From Eledone cirrhosa (lineage: Eukaryota), in the NCBI GenBank assembly GCA_964016885.1, contig OZ024744.1:135594001-135658000 (forward strand): a DNA stretch of 64,000 nt, given 5' to 3'. A model generated the notes under the pieces. It ran no database searches, had not been told where the DNA came from, and saw only the letters and a program-made list of their open reading frames with translations. Each line of letters starts with the position of its first letter. Position 1 is the first letter of the stretch. Below are positions 24,701 to 39,700 of this stretch, one piece after another. Both the position numbers and the translations under genes were made by a program.

Positions 24701-27700
24701 TGTCTATGTCATTAACCCTTTCATTACCATATTCTAATGTAACCATTCCATTACCATATTTAACCATTCCATTACCATATTTCTAATGAAAGACACTGTC
24801 CATGTCATTAACCCTTTCATTAACATATTTCTAATGAAAGACCCTGTCTATGTCATTAATCCTTACATTACCATATTTCTAATGAAAGACCCTGTCTATG
24901 TCATTAACCCTTACATTACCATATATCTAATCAAAAACAATATGTCATTAACCCTTTCATTACCATATTTCTAATCAAAAACACTATGTCATTAACCCTT
25001 TCATTACCATATTTCTAATGAAAGACACTGTCTATGTCATTAACCCTTTCATTACCATATTTCTAATCAAAAACACTATGTCATTAATCCTTTCATTACC
25101 ATATTTCTAACGAAAGACACTGTTTATGTCATTAGCCCTTTCATTTACCATATTTCTAATGAAAGACAGTGTCTATGTCATTAACACTTTCATTACCATA
25201 TTTCTAATGAAAGACACTGTCTATGACATTAACCCTTTCATTACCATATTTCTAATGTAACCATTCCATTACCATATTTAACCATTCCATAACCATATTT
25301 CTAATGAAAGACACTGTCTAAGTCATTAACCCTTTCATTACCATATTTCTAATCAAAAACACTATGTCATTAACCCTTTCATTAACATATTTCTAACGAA
25401 AGACACTGTTTATGTCATTAGCCCTTTCATTAGCATATTTCTAATGAAAGACAATATTTATGTCATTAACCCTTTCATTACTATATTTCTAATGAAAAAC
25501 ACTATGTCATTAACCCTTACATTACCATATTTCTAATGAAAGACACTGTCTATGTCATTAACCCTTTCATTACCATATTTCTAATGAAAAACACTATGTC
25601 ATTAACCTTTCATTACCATATATCTAATGAAAGACACTGTTTATGTCATTAACCCTTTCATTACCATATTTCTAATGAAAGACACTATGTCATTAACCCT
25701 TTCATTACCATATATCTAATGAAAGACACAGTCTATGTCATTAACCCTTTTATTACCATATTTGTAATGAAAGAGACTGCCTATGACATTAACCCTTTCA
25801 TTACCATATTTCTAATGAAAGACACTGTTTATGTCATTAACCCTTTCACTACCATATTTCTAATGAAAGACACTGTCTATGTCATTAACCCTTTCACTAC
25901 CATATTTCTAATGATAGATAGTCTATGTCTTTAACCCTTTCATTACCATATTTCTAATGAAAGACACTATGTCATTAACCCTTTCATTTACCATATTTCT
26001 AATGAAAGACACTGTCTATATCATTAACCCTTTCATTACCATATTCTAATGTAACCATTCCATTACCATATTTAACCATTCCATTACCATATTTCTAATG
26101 AAAGACACTGTCCATGTCATTAACCCTTTCATTAACATATTTCTAATGAAAGACCCTGTCTATGTCATTAATCCTTACATTACCATATTTCTAATGAAAG
26201 ACCCTGTCTATGTCATTAACCCTTACATTACCATATATCTAATCAAAAACACTATGTCATTAACCCTTTCATTACCATATTTCTAATCAAAAACACTATG
26301 TCATTAACCCTTTCATTACCATATTTCTAATGAAAGACACTGTCTATGTCATTAACCCTTTCATTACCATATTTCTAATCAAAAACACTATGTCATTAAC
26401 CCTTTCATTACCATATTTCTAACGAAAGACACTGTTTATGTCATTAGCCCTTTCATTTACCATATTTCTAATGAAAGACAGTGTCTATGTCATTAACACT
26501 TTCATTACCATATTTCTAATGAAAGACACTGTCTATGACATTAACCCTTTCATTACCATATTTCTAATGTAACCATTCCATTACCATATTTAACCATTCC
26601 ATGACCATATTTCTAATGAAAGACACTGTCTAAGTCATTAACCCTTTCATTACCACATTTCTAATCAAAAACACTATGTCATTAACCCTTTCATTAACAT
26701 ATTTCTAACGAAAGACACTGTTTATGTCATTAGCCCTTTCATTAGCATATTTCTAATGAAAGACACTATTTATGTCATTAACCCTTTCATTACTATATTT
26801 CTAATGAAAAACACTATGTCATTAACCCTTACATTACCATATTTCTAATGAAAGACACTGTCTATGTCATTAACCCTTTCATTACCATATTTCTAATGAA
26901 AAACACTATGTCATTAACCCTTTCATTACCATATATCTAATGAAAGACACTGTTTATGTCATTAACCCTTTCATTACCATATTTCTAATGAAAGACACTG
27001 TCTATGTCAACCCTTTCATTACCATATTTCTAATGAAAGACACTGTCTATGTCATTAACCCTTTCATTACCATATTTCTAATGAAAGACTCTATGTCATT
27101 AACCCTTTCATTACCATATATCTAATGAAAGACACTGTCTATGTCATTAACCCTTTCATTACCATATTTGTAATGAAAGAGACTGCCTATGTCACTAACC
27201 CTTTCATTACCATATTTCTAATGAAAGACACTGTCTATGTCATTAACCCTTTCATTACCATATTTCTAATGAAAGACACTATGTCATTAACCCTTTCATT
27301 ACCATATATCTAATGAAAGACTGTCTAAGTCATTAACCCTTTCATTACCATATTTCTAATGAAAGACACTGTCTATGTCATTAACCCTTTCATTACCATA
27401 TTTGTAATGAAAGACTGTCTAAGTCATTAACCCTTTCATTACCACATTTCTAACGAAAGACACTGTTTATGTCATTAGCCCTTTCATTACCATGTTCTAA
27501 TTAAAAACACTATGTCATTAACCTTTTCATTACCATATTTCTAATGAAAGACTGTCTAAGTCATTAACCCTTTCATTACCATATTTGTAATGAAAGAGAC
27601 TGCCTATGTCACTAACCCTTTCATTACCATATTTCTAATGTAACCATTCCATTACCATATTTAACCATTCCATTACCATATTTCTAATGAAAGACACTGT

Positions 27701-29440
27701 CTATGTCATTAACACTTTCATTACCATATTTCTAATGAAAGACACTATGTCATTAACCCTTTCATTACCATATATCTAATGAAAGACACTGCCTATGTTA
27801 TTAACCCTTTTATTACCATATTTGTAATGAAGGAGACTGCCTATGTCATTAACCCTTTCATTACCATATTTCTAATGAAAGACACTGTTTATGTCATTAA
27901 CCCTTTCATTACCATATTTCTAATGAAAGACACTGTCTATGTCATTAAACCTTTCATTACCATATTTCTAATGAAAGACCCTGTCTATGTCATTAACCCT
28001 TTCACTACCATATTTCTAATGAAAGACACTGTCTATGTCATTAACCCTTTCATTACCATATTTCTAATGAAAGACACTGTCTATGTCATTATCCGTTTCA
28101 TTACCATATTTCTAATCAAAAACACTATGTCATTAACCCTTTCATTACCATATTTCTAACGAAAGACACTGTTTATGTCATTAGCCCTTTCATTACCATA
28201 TTCTAATGAAAGACACTGTCTATGTCATTAACCCTTTCACTACCATATTTCTAATGAAAGATAGTCTATGTCTTTAACCCTTTCATTACCATATTTCTAA
28301 TGAAAGACACTATGTCATTAACCCTTTCATTTACCATATTTCTGATGAAAGACACTGTCTATGTCATTAACCCTTTCATTACCATATTCTAATGTAACCA
28401 TTCCATTACCATATTTAACCATTCCATTACCATATTTCTAATGAAAGACACTGTCCATGTCATTAACCCTTTCATTAACATATTTCTAATGAAAGACCCT
28501 GTCTATGTCATTAATCCTTACATTACCATATTTCTAATGAAAGACCCTGTCTATGTCATTAACCCTTACATTACCATATATCTAATCAAAAACAATATGT
28601 CATTAACCCTTTCATTACCATATTTCTAATCAAAAACACTATGTCATTAACCCTTTCATTACCATATTTCTAATGAAAGACACTGTCTATGTCATTAACC
28701 CTTTCATTACCATATTTCTAATCAAAAACACTATGTCATTAATCCTTTCATTACCATATTTCTAACGAAAGACACTGTTTATGTCATTAGCCCTTTCATT
28801 TACCATATTTCTAATGAAAGACAGTGTCTATGTCATTAACACTTTCATTACCATATTTCTAATGAAAGACACTGTCTATGACATTAACCCTTTCATTACC
28901 ATATTTCTAATGTAACCATTCCATTACCATATTTAACCATTCCATAACCATATTTCTAATGAAAGACACTGTCTAAGTCATTAACCCTTTCATTACCATA
29001 TTTCTAATCAAAAACACTATGTCATTAACCCTTTCATTAACATATTTCTAACGAAAGACACTGTTTATGTCATTAGCCCTTTCATTAGCATATTTCTAAT
29101 GAAAGACAATATTTATGTCATTAACCCTTTCATTACTATATTTCTAATGAAAAACACTATGTCATTAACCCTTACATTACCATATTTCTAATGAAAGACA
29201 CTGTCTATGTCATTAACCCTTTCATTACCATATTTCTAATGAAAAACACTATGTCATTAACCTTTCATTACCATATATCTAATGAAAGACACTGTTTATG
29301 TCATTAACCCTTTCATTACCATATTTCTAATGAAAGACACTATGTCATTAACCCTTTCATTACCATATATCTAATGAAAGACACAGTCTATGTCATTAAC
29401 CCTTTTATTACCATATTTGTAATGAAAGAGACTGCCTATG
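18770..29440. repeat. Higher-order repeat in array B with alternating 3655- and 3185-bp periods (sum 6840 bp)
   Basis: ORF offsets: 18879/22534 (3655); 22534/25719, 20100/23285 and 20939/24124 (3185); 18879/25719, 20100/26940 and 21601/28441 (6840). The printed lines from 18781 and 25621 match in register. Confidence 0.88.
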
Positions 29441-30789
29441 TCATTAACCCTTTCATTACCATATTTCTAATGAAAGACACTGTTTATGTCATTAACCCTT
29501 TCATTACCATATTTCTAATGAAAGACACTGTCTATGTCAACCCTTTCATTACCATATTTCTAATGAAAGACACTGTCTATGTCATTAACCCTTTCATTAC
29601 CATATTTCTAATGAAAGACTCTATGTCATTAACCCTTTCATTACCATATATCTAATGAAAGACACTGTCTATGTCATTAACCCTTTCATTACCATATTTG
29701 TAATGAAAGAGACTGCCTATGTCACTAACCCTTTCATTACCATATTTCTAATGAAAGACACTGTCTATGTCATTAACCCTTTCATTACCATATTTCTAAT
29801 GAAAGACACTATGTCATTAACCCTTTCATTACCATATATCTAATGAAAGACTGTCTAAGTCATTAACCCTTTCATTACCATATTTCTAATGAAAGACACT
29901 GTCTATGTCATTAACCCTTTCATTACCATATTTGTAATGAAAGACTGTATAAGTCATTAACCCTTTCATTACCACATTTCTAACGAAAGACACTGTTTAT
30001 GTCATTAGCCCTTTCATTACCATGTTCTAATGAAAAACACTATGTCATTAACCTTTTCATTACCATATTTCTAATGAAAGACTGTCTAAGTCATTAACCC
30101 TTTCATTACCATATTTGTAATGAAAGAGACTGCCTATGTCACTAACCCTTTCATTACCATATTTCTAATGAAAGACACTGTCTATGTCATTAACCCTTTC
30201 ACTACCATATTTCTAATGAAAGACACTATGTCATTAACCCTTTCATTACCATATTTCTAATGAAAGACTGTCTAAGTCATTAACCCTTTCATTACCATAT
30301 TTGTAATGAAAGAGACTGCCTATGTCACTAACCCTTTCATTACCATATTTCTAATGTAACCATTCCATTACCATATTTAACCATTCCATTACCATATTTC
30401 TAATGAAAGACACTGTCTATGTCATTAACACTTTCATTACCATATTTCTAATGAAAGACACTATGTCATTAACCCTTTCATTACCATATATCTAATGAAA
30501 GACACTGTCTATGTCATTAACCCTTTTATTACCATATTTGTAATGAAAGAGACTGCCTATGTCATTAACCCTTTCATTACCATATTTCTAATGAAAGACA
30601 CTGTTTATGTCATTAACCCTTTCATTACCATATTTCTAATGAAAGACACTGTCTATGTCATTAAACCTTTCATTACCATATTTCTAATGAAAGACCCTGT
30701 CTATGTCATTAACCCTTTCACTACCATATTTCTAATGAAAGACACTGTCTATGTCATTAACCCTTTCATTACCATATTTCTAATGAAAG

Positions 30790-33700
30790 ACACTGTCTAT
30801 GTCATTATCCGTTTCATTACCATATTTCTAATCAAAAACACTATGTCATTAACCCTTTCATTACAATATTTCTAACGAAAGACACTGTTTATGTCATTAG
30901 CCCTTTCATTACCATATTCTAATGAAAGACACTGTCTATGTCATTAACCCTTTCACTACCATATTTCTAATGATAGATAGTCTATGTCTTTAACCCTTTC
31001 ATTACCATATTTCTAATGAAAGACACTATGTCATTAACCCTTTCATTTACCATATTTCTGATGAAAGACACTGTCTATGTCATTAACCCTTTCATTACCA
31101 TATTCTAATGTAACCATTCCATTACCATATTTAACCATTCCATTACCATATTTCTAATGAAAGACACTGTCCATGTCATTAACCCTTTCATTAACATATT
31201 TCTAATGAAAGACCCTGTCTATGTCATTAATCCTTACATTACCATATTTCTAATGAAAGACCCTGTCTATGTCATTAACCCTTACATTACCATATATCTA
31301 ATCAAAAACAATATGTCATTAACCCTTTCATTACCATATTTCTAATCAAAAACACTATGTCATTAACCCTTTCATTACCATATTTCTAATGAAAGACACT
31401 GTCTATGTCATTAACCCTTTCATTACCATATTTCTAATCAAAAGCACTATGTCATTAATCCTTTCATTACCATATTTCTAACGAAAGACACTGTTTATGT
31501 CATTAGCCCTTTCATTTACCATATTTCTAATGAAAGACAGTGTCTATGTCATTAACACTTTCATTACCATATTTCTAATGAAAGACACTGTCTATGACAT
31601 TAACCCTTTCATTACCATATTTCTAATGTAACCATTCCATTACCATATTTAACCATTCCATAACCATATTTCTAATGAAAGACACTGTCTAAGTCATTAA
31701 CCCTTTCATTACCATATTTCTAATCAAAAACACTATGTCATTAACCCTTTCATTAACATATTTCTAACGAAAGACACTGTTTATGTTATTAGCCCTTTCA
31801 TTAGCATATTTCTAATGAAAGACAATATTTATGTTATTAACCCTTTCATTACTATATTTCTAATGAAAAACACTATGTCATTAACCCTTACATTACCATA
31901 TTTCTAATGAAAGACACTGTCTATGTCATTAACCCTTTCATTACCATATTTCTAATGAAAAACACTATGTCATTAACCTTTCATTACCATATATCTAATA
32001 AAAGACACTGTTTATGTCATTAACCCTTTCATTACCATATTTCTAATGAAAGACACTATGTCATTAACCCTTTCATTACCATATATCTAATGAAAGACAC
32101 AGTCTATGTCATTAACCCTTTTATTACCATATTTGTAATGAAAGAGACTGCCTATGTCATTAACCCTTTCATTACCATATTTCTAATGAAAGACACTGTT
32201 TATGTCATTAACCCTTTCATTACCATATTTCTAATGAAAGACACTGTCTATGTCATTAAACCTTTCATTACCATATTTCTAATGAAAGACCCTGTCTATG
32301 TCATTAACCCTTTCACTACCATATTTCTAATGAAAGACACTGTCTATGTCATTAACCCTTTCATTACCATATTTCAAATGAAAGACACTGTCTATGTCAT
32401 TATCCGTTTCATTACCATATTTCTAATCAAAAACACTATGTCATTAACCCTTTCATTACTATATTTCTAATGAAAGACACCGTCTATGCCATTAACCCTT
32501 TCATTACCATATTTCTAATGTAACCATTCCATTACCATATTTAACCATTCCATTACCATATTTCTAATGAAAGACACTGTCTATGTCATTAACACTTTCA
32601 TTACCATATTTCTAATGAAAGACAATATGTCATTAACCCTTTCATTACCATATATCTAATGAAAGACACTGTCTATGTCATTAACCCTTTTATTACCATA
32701 TTTGTAATGAAAGAGACTGCCTATGTCATTAACCCTTTCATTACCATATTTCTAATGAAAGACACTGTTTATGTCATTAACCCTTTCATTACCATATTTC
32801 TAATGAAAGACACTGTCTATGTCATTAAACCTTTCATTACCATATTTCTAATGAAAGACCCTGTCTATGTCATTAACCCTTTCACTACCATATTTCTAAT
32901 GAAAGACACTGTCTATGTCATTAACCCTTTCATTACCATATTTCTAATGAAAGACACTGTCTATGTCATTATCCGTTTCATTACCATATTTCTAATCAAA
33001 AACACTATGTCATTAACCCTTTCATTACCATATTTCTAACGAAAGACACTGTTTATGTCATTAGCCCTTTCATTACCATATTCTAATGAAAGACACTGTC
33101 TATGTCATTAACCCTTTCACTACCATATTTCTAATGAAAGATAGTCTATGTCTTTAACCCTTTCATTACCATATTTCTAATCAAAAACACTATGTCATTA
33201 ACCCTTTCATTACCATATTTCTAATGAAAGACACTGTCTATGTCATTAACCCTTTCATTACCATATTTCTAATCAAAAACACTATGTCATTAACCCTTTC
33301 ATTACCATATTATATAACGAAAGACACTGTTTATGTCATTAGCCCTTTCATTTACCATATTTCTAATGAAAGACAGTGTCTATGTCATTAACCCTTTCAT
33401 TACCACATTTCTAACGAAAGACACTGTTTATGTCATTAGCCCTTTCATTACCATGTTCTAATGAAAAACACTATGTCATTAACCTTTTCATTACCATATT
33501 TCTAATGAAAGACTGTCTAAGTCATTAACCCTTTCATTACCATATTTGTAATGAAAGACCCTGTCTATGTCATTAACCCTTACATTACCATATATCTAAT
33601 CAAAAACACTATGTCATTAACCCTTTCATTTACCATATTTCTGATGAAAGACACTGTCTATGTCATTAACCCTTTCATTACCATATTCTAATGTAACCAT

Positions 33701-36700
33701 TCCATTACCATATGTAACCATTCCATTACCATATTTCTAATGAAAGACACTGTCGATGTCATTAACCCTTTCATTAACATATATCTAATGAAAGACCCTG
33801 TCTATGTCATTAATCCTTACATTACCATATTTCTAATGAAAGACCCTGTCTATGTCATTAACCCTTTCACTACCATATTTCTAATCAAAAACACTATGTC
33901 ATTAACCCTTTCATTACCATATTTCTAATGAAAGACACTGTCTATGTCATTAACCCTTTCATTACCATATTTCTAATCAAAGACACTATGTCATTAACAC
34001 TTTCATTACCATATTTCTAACGAAAGACACTGTTTATGTCATTAGCCCTTTCATTTACCATATTTCTAATGAAAGACAGTGTCTATGTCATTAACACTTT
34101 CATTACCATATTTCTAATGAAAGACACTGTCTATGTCATTAACCCTTTCATTACCATATTTCTAATCAAAAACACTATGTCATTAACCCTTTCATTAACA
34201 TATTTCTAACGAAAGACACTGTTTATGTCATTAGCCTTTTCATTAGCATATTTCTAATGAAGGACACTGTTTATGTCATTAACCCTTTCATTACTATATT
34301 TCTAATGAAAAACACTATGTCATTAACCCTTACATTACCATATTTCTAATGAAAGACACTGTCTATGTCATTAACCCTTTCATTACCATATTTCTAATGA
34401 AAAACACTATGTCATTAACCCTTTCATTACCATATATCTAATGAAAGACACTGTTTATGTCATTAACCCTTTCATTCCCATATTTCTAATGAAAGACACT
34501 GTCTATGTCCACCCTTTCATTACCATATTTCTAATGAAAGACACTGTCTATGTCATTAACCCTTTCATTACCATATATCTAATGAAAGACTGTCTAAGTC
34601 ATTAACCCTTTCATTACCATATTTCTAATGAAAGACACTGTCTATGTCATTAACCCTTTCATTACCATATTTGTAATGAAAGACTGTCTAAGTCATTAAC
34701 CCTTTCATTACCATATTTCTAATGAAAGACACTATGTCATTAACTCTTTCATTACCATATATCTAATGAAAGACACTGTTTATGTCATTAACCCTTTCAT
34801 TACCATATTTCTAATGAAAGACACTGTCTATGTCAACCCTTTCATTACCATATTTCTAATGAAAGACACTGTCTATGTCGTTAACCCTTTCATTACCATA
34901 TTTCTAATGAAAGACTCTATGTCATTAACCCTTTCATTACCATATATCTAATGAAAGACACTGTCTATGTCATTAACCCTTTCATTACCATATTTGTAAT
35001 GAAAGAGACTGCCTATGTCACTAACCCTTTCATTACCATATTTCTAATGAAAGACACTGTCTATGTCATTAACCCTTTCATTGCCATATTTCTAATGAAA
35101 GACACTATGTCATTAAACCTTTCATTAACATATATCTAATGAAAGACTGTCTAAGTCATTAACCCTTTCATTACCATATTTCTAATGAAAGACACTGTCT
35201 ATGTCATTAACCCTTTCATTACCATATTTGTAATGAAAGACTGTCTAAGTCATTAACCCTTTCATTACCACATTTCTAACGAAAGAAACTGTTTATGTCA
35301 TTAGCCCTTTCATTACCATGTTCTAATGAAAAACACTATGTCATTAACCCTTTCATTACCATATTTCTAATGAAAGACACTGTCTATGCCATTAACCCTT
35401 TCATTACCATATTTCTAATGAAAGACACTGTCTATGCCATTAACCCTTTCATTACCATATTTCTAATGTAACCATTCCATTACCATATTTAACCATTCCA
35501 TTACCATATTTCTAATGAAAGACACTGTCTATGTCATTAACACTTTCATTACCATATTTCTAATGAAAGACACTATGTCATTAACCCTTTCATTACCATA
35601 TATCTAATGAAAGACACTGTCTATGTCATTAACCCTTTTATTACAATATTTGTAATGAAAGAGACTGCCTATGTCATTAACCCTTTCATTACCATATTTC
35701 TAATGAAAGACACTGTCTATGACATTAACCCTTTCATTACCATATTTCTAATGTAACCATTCCATTACCATATTTAACCATTCCATAACCATATTTCTAA
35801 TGAAAGACACTGTCTAAGTCATTAACCCTTTCATTACCACATTTCTAATCAAAAACACTATGTCATTAACCCTTTCATTAACATATTTCTAACGAAAGAC
35901 ACTGTTTATGTCATTAGCCCTTTCATTAGCATATTTCTAATGAAAGACACTATTTATGTCATTAACCCTTTCATTACTATATTTCTAATGAAAAACACTA
36001 TGTCATTAACCCTTACGTTACCATATTTCTAATGAAAGACACTGTCTTTGTCATTAACCCTTTCATTACCATATTTCTAATGAAAAACACTATGTCATTA
36101 ACCCTTTCATTACCATATATCTAATGAAAGACACTGTTTATGTCATTAACTCTTTCATTACCATATTTCTAATGAAAGACACTGTCTATGTCAACCCTTT
36201 CATTACCATATTTCTAATGAAAGACACTGTCTATGTCATTAACCCTTTCATTACCATATTTCTAATGAAAGACTCTATGTCATTAACCCTTTCATTACCA
36301 TATATCTAATGAAAGACACTGTCTATGTCATTAACCCTTTCATTACCATATTTGTAATGAAAGACTGTCTAAGTCATTAACCCTTTCATTACCATATTTC
36401 TAATGAAAGACACTATGTCATTAACCCTTTCATTACCATATATCTAATGAAAGACACTGTTTATGTCATTAACCCTTTCATTACCATATTTCTAATGAAA
36501 GACACTGTCTATGTCATTAACCCTTTCATTACCATATATCTAATGAAAGACACTGTCTATGTCATTAACCCTTTCATTACCATATTTGTAATGAAAGAGA
36601 CTGCCTATGTCACTAACCCTTTCATTACCATATTTCTAATGAAAGACACTGTCTATGTCATTAACCCTTTCATTACCATATTTGTAATGAAAGACTGTCT

Positions 36701-39700
36701 AAGTCATTAACCCTTTCATTACCACATTTCTAACGAAAGAAACTGTTTATGTCATTAGCACTTTCATTACCATGTTCTAATGAAAAACACTATGTCATTA
36801 ACCCTTTCATTACCATATTTCTAATGAAAGACACTGTCTATGCCATTAACCCTTTCATTACCATATTTCTAATGTAACCATTCCATTACCATATTTAACC
36901 ATTCCATTACCATATTTCTAATGAAAGACACTGTCTATGTCATTAACACTTTCATTACAATATTTCTAATGAAAGACACTATGTCATTAACCCTTTCATT
37001 ACCATATATCTAATGAAAGACACTGTCTATGTCATTAACCCTTTTATTACCATATTTGTAATGAAAGAGACTGCCTATGTCATTAACCCTTTCATTACCA
37101 TATTTCTAATGAAAGACACTGTTTATGTCATTAACCCTTTCATTACCATATTTCTAATGAAAGACACTGTCTATGTCATTAAACCTTTCATTACCATATT
37201 TCTAATGAAAGACCCTGTCTATGTCATTAACCCTTTCACTACCATATTTCTAATGAAAGACACTGTCTATGTCATTAACCCTTTCATTACCATATTTCTA
37301 ATGAAAGACACTGTCTATGTCATTATCCGTTTCATTACCATATTTCTAATCAAAAACACTATGTCATTAACCCTTTCATTACTATATTTCTAACGAAAGA
37401 CACTGTTTATGTCATTAGCCCTTTCATTACCATATTCTAATGAAAGACACTGTCTATGTCATTAACCCTTTCACTACCATATTTCTAATGAAAGATAGTC
37501 TATGTCTTTAACCCTTTCATTACCATATTTCTAATGAAAGACACTATGTCATTAACCCTTTCATTAACATATATCTAATGAAAGACTGTCTAAGTCATTA
37601 ACCCTTTCATTACCATATTTCTAATGTAACCATTCCATTACCATATTTAACCATTCCATTACCATATTTCTAATGAAAGACACTGTCCATGTCATTAACC
37701 CTTTCATTAACATATTTCTAATGAAAGACCCTGTCTATGTCATTAATCCTTACATTACCATATCTCTAATGAAAGACCCTGTCTATGTCATTAACCCTTA
37801 CATTACCATATAACTAATCAAAAACACTATGTCATTAACCCTTTCATTACCATATTTCTAATCAAAAACACTATGTCATTAACCCTTTCATTACCATATT
37901 TCTAATGAAAGACACTGTCTATGTCATTAACCCTTTCATTACCATATTTCTAATCAAAAACACTATGTCATTAACACTTTCATTACCATATTTCTAACGA
38001 AAGACACTGTTTATGTCATTAGCCCTTTCATTTACCATATTTCTAATGAAAGACAGTGTCTATGTCATTAACACTTTCATTACCATATTTCTAATGAAAG
38101 ACACTGTCTATGACATTAACCCTTTCATTACCATATTTCTAATGTAACCATTCCATTACCATATTTAACCATTCCATAACCATATTTCTAATGAAAGACA
38201 CTGTCTAAGTCATTAACCCTTTCATTACCACATTTCTAATCAAAAACACTATGTCATTAACCCTTTCATTAACATATTTCTAACGAAAGACACTGTTTAT
38301 GTCATTAGCCCTTTCATTAGCATATTTCTAATGAAAGACACTATTTATGTCATTAACCCTTTCATTACTATATTTCTAATGAAAAACACTATGTCATTAA
38401 CCCTTACATTACCATATTTCTAATGAAAGACACTGTCTATGTCATTAACCCTTTCATTACCATATTTCTAATGAAAAACACTATGTCATTAACCCTTTCA
38501 TTACCATATATCTAATGAAAGACACTGTTTATGTCATTAACCCTTTCATTACCATATTTCTAATGAAAGACACTGTCTATGTCAACCCTTTCATTACCAT
38601 ATTTCTAATGAAAGACACTGTCTATGTCATTAACCCTTTCATTACCATATTTCTAATCAAAAACACTATGTCATTAACACTTTCATTACCATATTTCTAA
38701 CGAAAGACACTGTTTATGTCATTAGCCCTTTCATTTACCATATTTCTAATGAAAGACAGTGTCTATGTCATTAACACTTTCATTACCATATTTCTAATGA
38801 AAGACACTGTCTATGACATTAACCCTTTCATTACCATATTTCTAATGTAACCATTCCATTACCATATTTAACCATTCCATAACCATATTTCTAATGAAAG
38901 ACACTGTCTAAGTCATTAACCCTTTCATTACCACATTTCTAATCAAAAACACTATGTCATTAACCCTTTCATTAACATATTTCTAACGAAAGACACTGTT
39001 TATGTCATTAGCCCTTTCATTAGCATATTTCTAATGAAAGACACTATTTATGTCATTAACCCTTTCATTACTATATTTCTAATGAAAAACACTATGTCAT
39101 TAACCCTTACATTACCATATTTCTAATGAAAGACACTGTCTATGTCATTAACCCTTTCATTACCATATTTCTAATGTAACCATTCCATTACCATATTTCT
39201 AATGAAAGACACTGTCTATGTCATTAACACTTTCATTACCATATTTCTAATGAAAGACACTATGTCATTAACCCTTTCATTACCATATATCTAATGAAAG
39301 ACACTGTCTATGTCATTAACCCTTTTATTACAATATTTGTAATGAAAGAGACTGCCTATGTCCTTAACCCTTTCATTACCATATTTCTAATGAAAGACAC
39401 TGTCTATGACATTAACCCTTTCATTACCATATTTCTAATGTAACCATTCCATTACCATATTTAACCATTCCATAACCATATTTCTAATGAAAGACACTGT
39501 CTAAGTCATTAACCCTTTCATTACCACATTTCTAATCAAAAACACTATGTCATTAACCCTTTCATTAACATATTTCTAACGAAAGACACTGTTTATGTCA
39601 TTAGCCCTTTCATTAGCATATTTCTAATGAAAGACACTATTTATGTCATTAACCCTTTCATTACTATATTTCTAATGAAAAACACTATGTCAATAACCCT

